Assembly (NCBI RefSeq): GCF_009914755.1
Contig: NC_060940.1
DNA: 64,000 nt
Strand: one strand, 5' to 3'
Source: the human T2T-CHM13v2.0 reference genome, Homo sapiens
Shown here: one piece after another, positions 1-14,861 of the stretch
Position numbering within the stretch: position 1 is the stretch's first letter
Layout of the letters: the number at the start of each line of letters is the position of its first letter
Made by a program: the position numbers and the translations under genes
Notes under the pieces: model-generated
The model's database searches: none
What the model saw: the letters and a program-made list of their open reading frames with translations, nothing else
What the model was told of the DNA's origin: nothing

Positions 1-356
1 GAAAATTAAGCACCACACCTAGAGCCCAGACATGTTTGTTCTCTGATCCCATTCAATTTACAAAGAGAATAATTGACAAGCTAATTTCTGTTTCTTGGAT
101 CCATTCATTGCTCCTATAATCATTGACTACCCCTCTAAATTGTCTACGGTTCTCCACTTCCTTCTTTCCAATGAAGAGGCTATTTAAGTTTCAACCATCT
201 GACCATTCTTTGAGTTTCCATATTTTTTTGTATGAAGTGCTTACGTTAATAAATTTGCTATGCTTTCCTTTTGTCCACCTGTCTTTTGTTATGGATGTGT
301 TGGCTGTGACCCTTTATGATGGGCAGGAACAGGGCCACCCCATTTCCACCTCTAAA
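1..356 (+). mobile_element. 3' part of an ERV1-class LTR (family uncertain)
   Basis: LTR-like TATA-like element (tatttaag), ttaataaatttg poly(A) region and U5-like end typical of MER4/MER34-group LTRs. Confidence 0.5.
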
Positions 357-379
357 CTGGGATGGTGGAAAGATCATGG

Positions 380-840
380 GTTGCATTGGAATCCCAGTAA
401 TTCATTTGCCAGGGGTGGTATTGGGCAAGATGCTCAATCCCTCTGTATCTTATTTTCCTTATCTATAAAAATAAATGATATTCTTTTTGTGGTAAGAAGA
501 CTTAAAATCTACTGTCTTCACAATTTTCAAATATATAATATCTCAATAACTGGAGTCATTGATGATGTATGGTAGACCTCTTGAAGTTATTCCTCCTAAC
601 TGAAATTTTGTCCAATCTACAATGTATATCTATATCAAAACATCATGTTGTGCCCCATAAATAGATATATTTAAAATTTTTCAATGCAACAAATTTGAGA
701 TTAAAATAAACTTAAACATTTCTGTTGATAGCCATATTGTGAGGATCCAGTATTCCTGCTGTATGGAAAAACAAAATTACAATGTCTATCACAGTGCCTG
801 TAATTTACAGATACTCAATACAAGTTAATTTCATTATTAT
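380..840 (+). mobile_element. MIR interrupted by an inverted L1MA 3' fragment (~484-700)
   Basis: MIR core (ttgggcaag...ttccttatctataaaa) before and MIR 3' end (acagtgcctg...ctcaata) after; L1MA 3'UTR pieces in opposite orientations in between. Confidence 0.7.
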
Positions 841-843
841 TAT

Positions 844-1123
844 TTTTTTTTTGAGACAGGGTGTTGCTCTATTGCCCAGTCTGGAGTGCAGTGACATGCT
901 CATAGCTCACTGCAGCCTCAAACTCCTGGGCTTCAGTGATTTTCCTGCCTCAGCCTCTGGAGAACAGGCATGCACCACCACACCTGGCTAACTTTTTTTT
1001 TTTTTTTGTAGAGACAGGATCTTGCTATGTTACCCAGGCTGGTCTCAAATGCCTGGCATTAAATGATCCTGCTTCAGTCCTGCAAAGTGCTGGGATTACA
1101 GATGTGAACCACTATGCCTGGCC
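844..1123 (-). mobile_element. AluJ
   Basis: J-type motifs (gagacaggg, catagctcactgcagcctc, ctcctgggct). Confidence 0.92.
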
Positions 1124-4100
1124 TTAATTTTATCATTATATCCTATGCACCGCTTATACACACACATAAGGAAAAAAATCTTTGATAGGTAATGTCCAGT
1201 TAAGAAAAATGATTATATTTATATTGCTTTGTGAACAAAGGCTCAGGTCAATGTATATGTAGTTAAACTACACCCTTAAGCTCATATTGTTATATGTGTG
1301 AATTCTATGGTATTGACGACATTTCTCAGATTTTAGATTACATGAGGATAAAACACAAAATTGCACCTGTATCCTCTGAATCTATAAAAACAAAAACAAA
1401 AGAAAACAAAAGAAATGTAATGTAAAATAAGAGTTTTATTCAGAAGTTGAGCTGCGGTGTTTAAATTTCAGCCTCAAAAATTCATTGAGCCGTAAAGTAT
1501 TTATATGTGAATTTTTCTGTATATAGAGTATGATTTGTACAAAATTTAACATTTTTTAATGAAAAATTTAGCAAATTTTTTTCATTTTAATTGAAATGAA
1601 AATTTCAATTGAAATTTTGTAATTAACATATTTAGCAAAAGTAATAATAGCTGCCATATGTTAAATATTTACTATGTGTCAATGATTGTAAACATATTAT
1701 CATGCCTCATCCTGTGAAAACAAAACATTTCACCTAGTAGTTGATGAAGTAGTCTAGAGTTCAAGCACACAGTGGCAACATCTATATATTTAACACTTTC
1801 ATACAGTAGCTTCACTGCACCCACACTTAAACAAGTCTAGAAAGCATGTGTGTATTTAAAATTGTTGTGTGATATAATAGACACTCATGAGGGCAGACAT
1901 GTTAGCCCTATCCCAAGCCCAGAAGAGAACTGGAACCAACATATTGCGGGATGAACAAAAATTGCTGAAAATTGGCTTTGAGTGGATATTTGAGTTAGAA
2001 TCAATCTAGGTTGTCTTTATCATTTATAAATCCAGAGTATCATCCAGCATTTTATTCTAGACAGATTTTAGAAGTTTTACTTCAAAGGCACACTGGATTA
2101 TAATTCTTTAAAAGGATACAGGCATGACTAACATTGAGAAGAGTGATTCAAACTTTTCAAAAAGAGCGCTGAATGCTGGGTCTGGTTAGAGTTCGTCTCT
2201 GTGAAAAATACTCTGATCATGGGGAAACTAGGGCAAAGTATGGGTCTCAAGCAGAGCTTTAACAAATACAACATGTTGTGTTTTTAATTCTTGGTTGAAA
2301 ATGAAAAATGCATCTGACATTTTTGTGAAACAAATACTATGATTTTTTTTTTGACCCCAGGAAGAATAAAGCACATCTCACCTTTAGTGGCCAACTTTAT
2401 TTTGTTACTTAAACATAATAAAATAGCTTCAAGGGAAAGCTTGGGAGAGAGCTCAAGGAGATTGCAGTCAATAAGGATTCAAATTACTCCATGACTTCAA
2501 TGTTTGAAACATTTAAAGGAGAGAACATGTGATATTAGGTAAACCAGCAACATTCCTAACAGAGGGTGGTTATACAGCTCATTGACAGACCATTAAGTCA
2601 ATAACACAATGGCTCTGAGCATTTGTTTGGGTCTCCAGTTTTCATAAACAAATCTCTGCTTTGCAATAATTTAACTAATTTTTTTCTACACACCAATACA
2701 GTACACCAGCAAATGAACAGATAATGAAGAATCGATGTACCCTGCCACATGCTCTCACCTCTCTTCAGGTAATTCTCACTTTGCAAAGATGCTGAAGCAC
2801 TTGAGATATTAAATATTTGAAGAAATAAAAGGACAAAACTAAGCAAAAACAAATAAAACACTCCACTTGGAACACGAGGTCAATTCAGGAAATGTGTTTG
2901 TCTCAGAGCACCAGTACGATTTCCTCTCATGTTGAAGTGTTTTTTTCCACTCTGATTTATGCTTCTCTTCATAGTTGATTTTTTTTGAATAGATTCATTC
3001 TCTGCATTTTAAATGGTGTGACTTAAAACTCAAAGAAACTTATCCTTTAAGTTGTTTTGCACTTGTAACTACTGGCAAGCACTTATCTTTCTATCATTTT
3101 TTTATTAGTTTGCATAATTTGATGGTGTATTTTACAAATAATAATTTCTTAAGAGTATAATAGTTCACTTAGTGAATACTCTTAACTGTGTAATACATTT
3201 ACATTTAAATCCAATAGTTTAATTGAAATAGGACCTATTTGGAATAGGAACAATTGATCACAGACACATGGAAAATATTTCATAGGGGCAGTAAAATACA
3301 GATATGAAATTTATTTTAATAATACATAATGTTTATTTAAAATATATGTGTACTCTCAGAGTTGACTCAGGTGCATATTAAAGGAAAAAAACCCACGCCC
3401 TTTTCTCATTTGTCTCTCCTTGTGTTTTCTAAATAAAAATCTAATGATAAGTTCCAGAGAAGCAGCATTTATATTTTTGAAAAACTAGACAATGCATCTC
3501 TTTTTTCATAAAATGCCAGGTTGTATCCATTATTCTTGTAACTTACAGAATCCTAAAGTATATTTGCCCAAACTGAAAAGTTCTGAGCTTACTTGAGGAA
3601 GGAGGCAAAAAAGCACTGTCAAAAGTTTAAAAAATTCCAACCCATCTATAATTGTTAGAATCCAGTAACTACTTATGTGAATATTCTTTATAAACTTCAG
3701 TGTCTATTTTAATATTATAGTATGTATGACAGGTAATAAGCTAACTTTTCGGAAACTAAAATGAACACCCAATTACACATATATTTCCTTATGTATGCTG
3801 ATTTTTTTGAGATATAAATCTCGTGATTGTTGGTTCACATAAATAATCTTATGTTTCTTCTCTGGTGACTTAGAAAAGATTATTAGTTTCTAATGATGTC
3901 TATTTATACTGTTGCTATATCCAATGATTTTATTGTTTGGCTAGGCTAAATATCTTAATTTACATATCTTGTATTTTACCTAACAGTGTTTTAAGATCTG
4001 TTGTTATATAAAACTCTGCTTGCTTTGCTGAATTCATAACTATCAGAAGCAACATATTTATGATTAATGATGGAAAATATGCTTTGAAGATGTTTTTATT

Positions 4101-4899
4101 TGCATTTATAGATATAATTTGCTAAAGGATTTATGTGAGCACTACTCATAAATGTTCTGATCAGATGTTTGACTATAAAACATTTCTAAATGCCACACTC
4201 CACAGGCTAATGACCTATCCATCTGAAATAGTATTCCGACTCCTATAAATGTTACACATTTTAGATCTTTTAGAGATAGCTTTTATATCTTCATGTTTGA
4301 GGAAATATCCAGAAAAAGAGTAACTTCCCTGAACAGTTAGGACACTGTAGAGGATAAAGATGATGAAGAACGCTGACCTATGAATCAGCACTTAATAGAA
4401 GGCTAGAGGTCAACCCCCAAAGTCCAGGTCAGAATGCTCACGGACAGCCAGGAAAGCAAATAGCACATGGTACAATCGGAGTGAAAGGGACATAGTGAGG
4501 AAGTCACAAGATGACAGGGTATGTATATAATTAGGACATTCCTGAGAAATTGAAAGACATCCTAGGCAGATTAAAAAGGAGTGAGATGCCTGGACCTTCT
4601 CAATTTATAAATAAGGTTATACACTTCAGGGGAATATTTGTTAACTCATTTTTCCCACAAAAATACTGTTGCCTTAAATTAGCTCATAACATCCTAACTC
4701 ATGTTTTAGCTGACTTTTTTTTTTTTTTCTTAGTCACCTCTTTCAGACTTTCCAAGGCAGTTTGGCTGGCACCATTATATGTCTTAATCTTTATTTTTCT
4801 CTTTTTTCTCTAAATCCTATACTTCATGCTTATTACTTAGCTCTATTTTATTTCCTGCATTATTTTTGGAACAAGGAAAATTATACTGTAACCAAGTGT

Positions 4900-5461
4900 G
4901 CCAAATAAAGCAAAACAGGAAAGGAAGGAAGGCTTTATTCAGTCTATTGAAGTAGGGGAGACAGACTGAACGTGACTCCACTGAAACAAAGGTGAGAGGG
5001 TTTTTAAAGGCTAAGGTGAGCAAGTAGAAAAGTAGCCGTGGATGTTAAGGGAGAAGTTGATCAATGGTATGTGTTGAGCACATAAATTATTCCTGAGTTT
5101 GCAAATGTTTTTCTCTGTGATTAGACCACCTGTGTTTGCTAATTGGCATCCATCAAAGTTAGGCTGCTACCCTCCCACAGAGATTGGGAGATAGGAGTGC
5201 TATCTCCTTCGGTGTTTACATTTCAAAGTGATGGTTCCCAGGTCCTTGAGAAAGACATTGCCTAGATTGCAAAACTGTCAGGAGGCTGGGAGAAGATTTA
5301 CATACATTTCAAAGGGGCAGGAAAAGAATTTACAATTAGACATTTTCTAAAGTAACTGCTCTAAGAATAGGGAGGTCTGTGGTCAAGAAGAAGTCTGTCT
5401 AAAATTAAGTCAAGCTGGGGGGTGGGGGGGCAGGGGGCAACTCTAAGGCCATCTTGGTTAA
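4900..5461 (-). mobile_element. ERV1-class solo LTR (MER31/MER67-like, uncertain)
   Basis: Minus strand reads ...tttgtttcagtggagtc..ttcagtctgtctcccctac..aatagactgaataaag, an LTR R region with poly(A) signal. Confidence 0.6.
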
Positions 5462-5773
5462 GTGTGTATTAATTTTCAAATATTAATGTTTACATCTATT
5501 ATGTATCCATTGCATATTTTATATTTGAATATAAATTCTGCAGCATACAAACATGAGTGAATGTAAATATTTCACACCAGTCTGTAATCTTCTATCTGTG
5601 TTCTTAATTTCTTTTCTGCTTGTAGAATTCCATCATCATTTACTGAACCAAAATTCATTAGCCTGCCCCTTATGACAAACACTGAAATAGCTAAGACACA
5701 GTCCCTCCTCCCAGGGCCTCTCTCCCCAGGCTCTAAAGGTGTTTGGGCATTTATCTCCTGAAGGTAACTCCAG

Positions 5774-6317
5774 TGAAGGAAATTGAAATATTTTACTCCA
5801 AAATATATTTCTTTGACATATTTTGAAATGCTGCCACTTGGCCATCCTGACACTTGGCCTTGTAAAGCTGTCTTTGGCGGGGAAAATTTGCATCTGTTGA
5901 GAATTTGCATTAATTCAGCCAGAGTCCTTCCCCTTTCTATGCTTTTCCCAGGTGCCAGGAGAGATTAAGAGTTTGACACCTTTTAAAGTCTGAAAAGAAA
6001 CATTTACCACCGATCATCTCTGAGGGAGGCATCATCTACGTATCAAGGACACGTTTGCTAGCCAAGCTTCTTCCATTCTTCACTCTCTTAACCTGTCTTT
6101 ACCTGTTTCTGGTCGTGGTCCGAATCTGCATTCTTTACTGTGGCCTCAGGATGGTATATAAATTTCTGTAACTTATTGGGAAGTTGGGTCTTCATTCTAA
6201 AGGCTCCCAAGTATATGCATTAAGTAAATTTGGATGTCTTTTCTCCTGTGAATCAATCTGCCTTATGTCAGTGATTTTTAGTGAACCTTTAGGGGACCAA
6301 GAGCTTTGGCCCCCACA
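5774..6317 (+). mobile_element. ERV1-class solo LTR (MER34/MER39/LTR49 group)
   Basis: TGAAGGAAAT...CCCCACA with TG...CA ends, internal TATATAAA, flanks ccag/ccac (near 4-bp TSD). Confidence 0.75.
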
Positions 6318-6543
6318 CCACCCACAGAAGACAGGAGTGGTGCAACGTATTACCCAGCAACCTTACTGCAAGTCAGACAGGTGCACAAATAGTCCAAAGA
6401 ATACAAAATGCAGTCATGCATCCCTTTGCCTATTGGATATATTCCATTGCAGACAGAGTCCAGAGTGGAGATATGCATGTTCATATTGTTCAGCTTGTTT
6501 CCAGTTTTTCACAGCCTGGGCATTTTTGTTCAAAACTCTAGAG

Positions 6544-7219
6544 CTGCACTGTTCAATACAGTAGTAGACACATGTGACTATTGACTGTTGAAATGTGACC
6601 AGTCCAAAATGAGAAGTGCTGTAATTGCAAAATACACATTAAATTTCAGAAGCTTAATGTGATAAAAATAATGTAAAGATATCTCCAAGAATTTTTATAT
6701 TGATTGTTTTTTTAAATGATAGTATTAAGAGGAACAAGATCATGTCCTTTGCAGGGACATGGATGAAGCTGGAAGCCATTATCCTCAGCAAATTAACTCA
6801 GGAACAGAAAACCAAATACTCCATGTTCTCACTTATAAGTGGTCACTGAGCAATGAGAACACATGGACACTGGATGGGGAACAACACACACTGGGGCCTG
6901 TCAGCGGAGGGTCGGGGGATGTGCAGAGAGCATTAATGAAAACAGCTAATGCATGCTGGGCTTAATACCTAGGTGATGTATTGATAGGTACGGCAAACCA
7001 CCATGGCACATGTTTACCTATGTAACAAACCTGCATATCCTGCACATGTACCCCGGAACTTAAAAAACAAACAATAAAATAATTTTAAAAAATGATAGTA
7101 TTTTGAATCTATTGGGTTAAATATTAAAATTATTTCATCTGCTTTATTTTTCATAATATGGCTACTAGAAATTTTAAAATTATATATGGTACGTGTTATA
7201 TTTCTGTTGGTTGGCAAGG
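6544..7219 (+). mobile_element. MER33-like hAT-Charlie DNA transposon interrupted by L1
   Basis: MER33-like sequence on both sides of the L1; perfect 8-bp TSD CTCTAGAG (6536-6543 / 7220-7227), the Charlie-type target. Confidence 0.85.
6727..7089 (+). mobile_element. 5'-truncated older L1PA 3' end
   Basis: ORF2 tail and 3'UTR (catggcacatgtttacctatgtaacaaacctgc); 13-bp TSD aaatgatagtatt (6714-6726 / 7090-7102). Confidence 0.92.
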
Positions 7220-8808
7220 CTCTAGAGGCCCAAATTTCCCCTATTCCCAGTGCCAGGGCTATTGCTTTTCTGCATTTTGGTCTCTGTTGGTCTCTTTCTT
7301 CTCTTCCATTTCTTCCTGCCTCTCTTGTTCTACTATCAGCTGAAATGTCAACTCCTCCCTACAGCATAGGGTTACTTAACACTAATTTATCATTTACAAT
7401 GGTAATAATAATATAATATAATCATTTAGATTTATAATAATATGTAGCATTTTATTCTTCACACTAAAAACATGTTTCTTCTTGTAGCCACCTAACAGGG
7501 AGTTTATTATTAAACACATAGTAAAGCTCAATCAATATCTATTAAATGTTCTGAATTCTGATCAAACATCTAGCTGAAAACCCACAGTCTCCAATTTATC
7601 ATCACATTTCTATTGTTCCACTCGAGGGAGGAAGAGGTAAATAAGACCTTTAAGTGAGGTGCTGTTCTAAGTTTGAGAAAACCCAGACTTCCCCTTCCCC
7701 TAACCTCCTAACCTGGTCATTAGGCCTCAGTCAAAGGGCAGGAGCAAGTTAACCAATGGGATCTGAAATCTCGCTTGTCTAATAGTGCTTCCATTGAATT
7801 CACAAGTAAGTTGAGTAGAAAATTTTCTAGTGCATAAAAGAAATGCTGATGAGAAATATATTTTTTTATTGATGTGCAACTTTCTTTTTCCCTCGCAAAG
7901 AATCGTAGTCAATGTTACGATTGTTCCTTTCTTGTAAAAATAATGTCCAAAGGCAGGATTCTATTCATGCAAACTGTCAATAAACATCCTTGATAAATGA
8001 GTGAAAGAAATCGGAGTATTCACTGGAAAGAATTTCAAACCCATGCTGACTTCAAGCAACTATAATTTAATGGAAACATCAATGACAAAATATTTCAATG
8101 GTCAATGTGCAGACCTCTAAATTATTAAATTTTCCAAGGTTGTGAAGGAATGGTAAAACTGTTTTCAAAGTGTTTTGGGTAAATCTGTTTTGAGAGAGTT
8201 GCCGCTTGAGGCACACGTAGAACAGCTTACTTTGTTCCCTTGTAAAAGGCTAATCGAGGAGCTTAGGGCATCATAAAGATGATCACCTCCCGTGGGGAAT
8301 AGAAAATACTGTTTAACCTTTCACATTATCCATTCTGGGCACACAAGGGAATTATGCTTGCTGCTAATACCGGAGATGAGTAAGCCCTTACATAAACACA
8401 CTGTGAACGAGTATTTATAAAGGCAGAGTTTATAGTGGGTTTTGGGATTAGGCATTAGTTCACATTCGCTGTCTTCCAACAGCGGACCCTACAGATCTGG
8501 ATACTGGGTCCTCCACATTTGGCGCATCACGTAGAGCTGCGTGTATCGTAGCAAGGCGGCAGCGTTGAGAGGCCTTGCCCAGAGAGTTATGTGATCAAGA
8601 CAGGTTGATTTCACTTTCCTCCAACTTCAAGGATGACATCTAGCCTGTAAGGACTGCAACAGTTTGATGAAGCTAAACATTTCAGTTGCAACAAAAGAAA
8701 TCAGTACATAATGTGCCCTGAATAATGGCATATATCGCCCATGTCAACTCAGAAAAAACATGCGTTACACAATTTCTGTATTTAAAATTTTAAGGTCATC
8801 GTTTAAGT

Positions 8809-9037
8809 CAGGATTTCTCAATTTGGCACTACTAACACTTTGGGATGAATAATTCTTTTGAAGTGGGTGGGAGGGGTGCTGTCTGGTGTGTGGTAGGATG
8901 TTTGGAGCATTCTTGATCTTTACTCACTAGAAACTAGTAGCTATCCCCCCATGGGTTGTGACAGCCAAAAATGTCTCCAGAAATTGCCAAAATGTCTTCT
9001 GGGGAGGGGGCAAAATTGTCCCTGGTGAGAACCACTG
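8809..9037 (+). mobile_element. MER20 DNA transposon
   Basis: cag..ttctcaa start, ttgtgacagccaaaaatgtctccaga, gagaaccactg end. Confidence 0.88.
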
Positions 9038-9349
9038 ACTTAATAGTTTACAAAGTTCACTTACACATTCGTGCTTGTGTGTATGTATGTTTACACATTT
9101 GTATATTCAATCTTTATCAGGGTATACAGGCACATATAATAACATACAAAACATAACATATTTAAATACTAAATATATGAAACAAAATTTTGGTGCAGTC
9201 CCTATCAGGGAAAGTTAAGAGGGACAATAATCTTCTCAAATAATGTATTTATGCTCCAAGTTTTTTTTTTTGAAGAGAAATTGCTTCAAATATTACTATG
9301 TTAATATAAAAGCACTCATTATAATTAAACAAAAAACAGTATTCTAAAA

Positions 9350-9510
9350 ATGTTTGTTGAACAACTAAAATGAGCCAGATGCTATTCCATGGGTTTGGGC
9401 TGGGGGCAGAGAAATGAAACAAATGGATCCCTGCCCCTCATGAAGTAGAGGGGAGTCATAGAATCCTTACGTAATGATGCAAACAAATATGAAATTAACC
9501 ACTGTGACAT
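9350..9510 (-). mobile_element. L2 fragment
   Basis: Diverged L2 3' motifs (tttgttgaac, ccctgcccctcatg). Confidence 0.55.
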
Positions 9511-9521
9511 GGGTTCCGAAG

Positions 9522-9848
<327 letters not shown>

Positions 9849-10169
9849 TCTGAAGACAAGTTTTATGGTAGAGACACCCCCACCAAGGAAGCAGGTTCTA
9901 ATATGTATGCTAGTATAACCACACATGTATCTTATGTCAATGATGCTCATATTATCATATAAATCAAAGGAGTGTTCATGAAATTTCAACAGAGTATTGG
10001 AATAAGTGGTTGGAATCAAGGGAAATGTATCTCAGTTATGCATGGAAGCAGACAATCTCTTGGCTTCAGGTGAGATGCCAAGAGGGAAATACTGGGGGTC
10101 AGGTTAAGATATCAATCCACAGGCTATCACAAGCAAGGTGAATACAGCAAAAAAAACCAAAACAAAACA

Positions 10170-10490
<321 letters not shown>

Positions 10491-11122
10491 TTATAATAAA
10501 AGCTATGGTTGAAATGCATATTATACATACACATACAAGATTTATACAAGATTTTCAATACCAATTTTATTTTACTTGGGAGACTTTTAAGCTCTGAGCA
10601 TAAATTTTCCTGGTCTTCCAAATAAGGAGAAACAATTTACATAAATAAGCATGAGCTATAGGGGCAGAATTATATTTACAGTATAGGCTGTCTATTGAGT
10701 GAGTGCTTGAACCCCATGGAGGCTGAGTGGAAAAAATATCATGACAAAGATTAAAACTTTTCTTGATAGCTGGTAAGTTATTTCTCACTGCTGCTGGAGG
10801 TCCAGTGCAGGTTTCAATTAAGTAGTTGGGGGAAGGTCCTGGTTCACATAACCAGTCTGACGGAAACTCCACAATCTTGTAGCTGAACATTCTGGAATAC
10901 TGAGACTCCTGAGTCATCTTGGCAGAACAGGAAAAGCAAGGAAGATCAAACTGTAGATCTTCACTGGCCATGTCACTGGACACAAAGGTTGCATGGTTGT
11001 GCCTAGCCGTGTAGGGGAGAAAATTAAATATCTGAAGAATATTAGGCAATTAATACTCTTAATTTATCTAATTTAATATCTAAGTTAATTACCTAATTAA
11101 AATAATATTAATAGAATATTAT

Positions 11123-11483
11123 TGATATGGTTTGGCTGTGTCCCCACTCAAATCTCATCTTGAATTGTAGCTCCCATAATTTCCATGTGTTGTGGGAGGA
11201 ACATGGTAGGAGATAATTCAGTCATGGGGGTGGTTTCCCCCATACTGTTCTCCTGGTAGTCAATAAGTCTCACAAGATCTGATGGTTTTATAAGAGGAAA
11301 CCCCTTTCCCTTGGCTCTCATTCTCTCTTGTCTGCCACCATGTAAGAAGTGCCTTTTGCCTTCTGCCATGATTGTGAGGCCTCCTCAACCATGTGGAACT
11401 GTGAGTCCATTAAACCTTTTTTCTTTATAACTTACCCAGTCTCAGATATGTTTTCATCAGCCGTGTGAAAATGGACTAATGCA
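11123..11483 (+). mobile_element. THE1 (THE1B/C-like) MaLR solo LTR
   Basis: TGATATGGTTTGGCTGTGTCCCC...GACTAATGCA, 361 bp, 5-bp TSD ATTAT on both sides. Confidence 0.93.
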
Positions 11484-12504
11484 ATTATACACATATATTT
11501 GCAGAAGTGTTTGTATTGTTTATGGCAGTGTTTGTATCTAGTACTGCAGGATCTGTCACAGTAACAAAAGACAAAGACCCAAAAGATCACCAATATAAAC
11601 AAGTTAAATGCAATCAGAGGATGGAATACTATGGGGAAGACTCTTGTGTGCTATATAGAAAGAGTTAAAGGAAGTATTGTTAGGGACAAAAAAGTAAGAT
11701 ATACTATAGTTGATAGTATGGAAACTCTGCTAGTGAGATTAAGGATTGAGGGTGAAAGGGAGACTTTATTTTACTTTTACTTAAGAGCCTTCTGTACTGT
11801 TTGGAGTACTTATTTTTTGAATTTTTCATTTTCTCTATGCATTTAATCAAGTATTACTGCATTAATAGGTTAAGAAAACATAATGGTTGCATTTTGACTA
11901 CTCAGAAGAGAGACATTATAAATGTGTAACAGTGTCACTAGAGCCCATTAAGAAATCACAGTGCATAAAGGAAAGAATCTTTAGAAGCAATACAAGCTCA
12001 GAGAAATTTTAACTTGTTCTCTTTCTTGAGCCTAAAATTGTTCAATGAGCTCAAACCCAGACTGGCATTTTGACCATCAATTATCACTGTATATTTATAG
12101 ATATGCTCTTTCCCAGCAATTTCAGAAGGTTAAAGCAAATGTATGTAATCATTCTATTATTTGCCAGAAGATAAAGTGCCATTGAGGCTTCTGTGATCAA
12201 AGGAAAATGGTTCCAAAGATAACTTAGGCACTGGCTGATATTAAAATGTCGAAAGAATGAGCTTTTCAGATATAAATGTATATTTTTACTTTTAAATCTA
12301 GCCACATCAGGACCTAAAAAATATAACCCTTCATGTTTAAATAGAATTTTATTGATGCACCATCATGAGTATATTATTGGAATTATGTTTTGTAGGAGTG
12401 ATGGGTTTGTCTTAGTCTTACACTGTCTGGTACAATTTGGACCAATTCTAAGCCTTAAGACATGCTTCCTCTGGTCACAAGTTTTCCTTTTTCACTTAAT
12501 CAAT

Positions 12505-12785
12505 ACTTAGACTTTAGACAGAAATTCAGAGTCACTTCGTCAGTAACACCTTCTCTGACCCCAACACTGGGTCAGGACCCTCAACTGAGCAATTTCAGCA
12601 TGCTTTACAATTTTCCTTTGCTGTGCTTATCACACTGACTAGTAAAGATTTGTGTTTGACATGACTTGCCTTTCTCACATGACTGTAAGCTCCAAGTCTG
12701 CTTTGCTTATTATTATAAACATATTTCTTATCACAGTGGCTGAAATGTGGGAGGTCTCAAAAGATAGCCATTGAATGAATGAATG
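12505..12785 (+). mobile_element. L2 3' fragment
   Basis: gactgtaagctcc...cacagtggctg...ttgaatgaatgaatg tail. Confidence 0.7.
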
Positions 12786-13650
12786 TAGGACAATGCACCT
12801 CTGTCTGTGTGCACACGCGTGCACTCGGATGCATCCCCTCCAGAGTAACCTACAAAAAGAGGCTGGACTACTACAGGAAGAAGAAAGAGTCATGTCTTCC
12901 CCTCTCATGGGCAAAGAACTCAAAGATAATTATGTAGTCTGTCGGGGCCTGTTCTGAACCATCCTGAAGCACTTGCCCAAGTCCAGCTGTGGTGCAATTT
13001 CTGAAATAATATCTCAGACTCTGGAAAACATGCTGCTGCTGAGCTATTGTGTCCACTAAGCTGTCCTGGTTCGGGGAGAAGATGGAGAAAGATAGTAGGA
13101 TTACCTTAACCCCTGACAGTAGGAGTTGAATTTTTCTAAAGAGGAATGAGGGTTTAGACTGCTGGGCTTCAAAATCATGGTTTTCATCAAGGAGTATGTG
13201 ACTAGTAAATAACAAAGATAATGAGAAATAGCAACGGGGGCCATTTTTGAAGACATCGTGGGAAGAACTTGGTCTTTTTTCTTCTCCTGAACTCTGTAAA
13301 CAATTACATTAAGATAGGGTTTTAAGTTTCATTTATACTGTAATTTCTTTTAGATTTCCCTTAACCACCAATAAAGTCTATCTCTCACAGTCAGTCTTTC
13401 TCCCAGTGGTGGACTGAGGAACTGGGAACAAGGCTGTAAAGTGATGGCACTGTGCTGACCTCAGAAAGATCCCTGATCCTGGAGCTCCAAGCTAACATGG
13501 GTCAAAGTTATCAGACACAGAGAGAGTTGTAAACAGATGACCTGAGTCCTGATGATGGTGGAGATGGTGGAGACGGTAGAGGTTAATCCTTGGGGATGAC
13601 AAGAGAAAGTTAGTTAAAAGGTGTCACCCAGATTTACAGGAATGAGTGGG

Positions 13651-14311
<661 letters not shown>

Positions 14312-14861
14312 TGAGAAAGAGGCTGCACTGAAAAGTTCTGATCAGGCTGTGTCCTTAGTAAAGAGTTTGAATTTCATTTTGCAACCAAAGTTGCATCTGT
14401 TGTTTCTGAACAGCTGTAAATTCTAATCAGTTGATGTGCAGAAAGATGATTCAAAAATCAGTATGTAGGGAGGGCAAGTCCACTGCTGAAGTCATTAAAA
14501 TATAAGAGTAAGAAAAGCTGGTTTCTAAAAAAGGGAGATTGTTATTTCCTATGTCCTCTTGTTATAGGTTAGTTGTTTTTAATTACTAAAACAAAAATTT
14601 AAAAATTATCAACTTAGATAAGTTACCCGGGTTGGGGAGGTGTATCTCTCATGTATCTAGATTTTACCAAAGGATACCTGTTTGTGATGTTACAAAACAG
14701 AAAAATAGAAAAACAATCTGTACAAACTTTGGGTTGGTGTGTAAGGAAGAGCCATGCATTTCATCCGTTAGTCAACATCGAACTGCATAGTTGGGTCAAC
14801 TGGTATCATGAAAAGAAATTAGTATAGTTAAAGTATGAGGCTTTCTTATACCACTGGAGGA

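Noticed and set aside
10567-11049. 160-aa minus-strand ORF; likewise 123-575 and 61886-62257
   Set aside because: No recognisable domain, non-ATG starts, no exon context; consistent with chance.
11210-11395. DUX4 site and PRDM9 hotspot motif in THE1
   Set aside because: Both degenerate: TAATTCAGTCA versus TAAYYBAATCA, and CCTCCTCAACCAT versus CCTCCCTNNCCAC.
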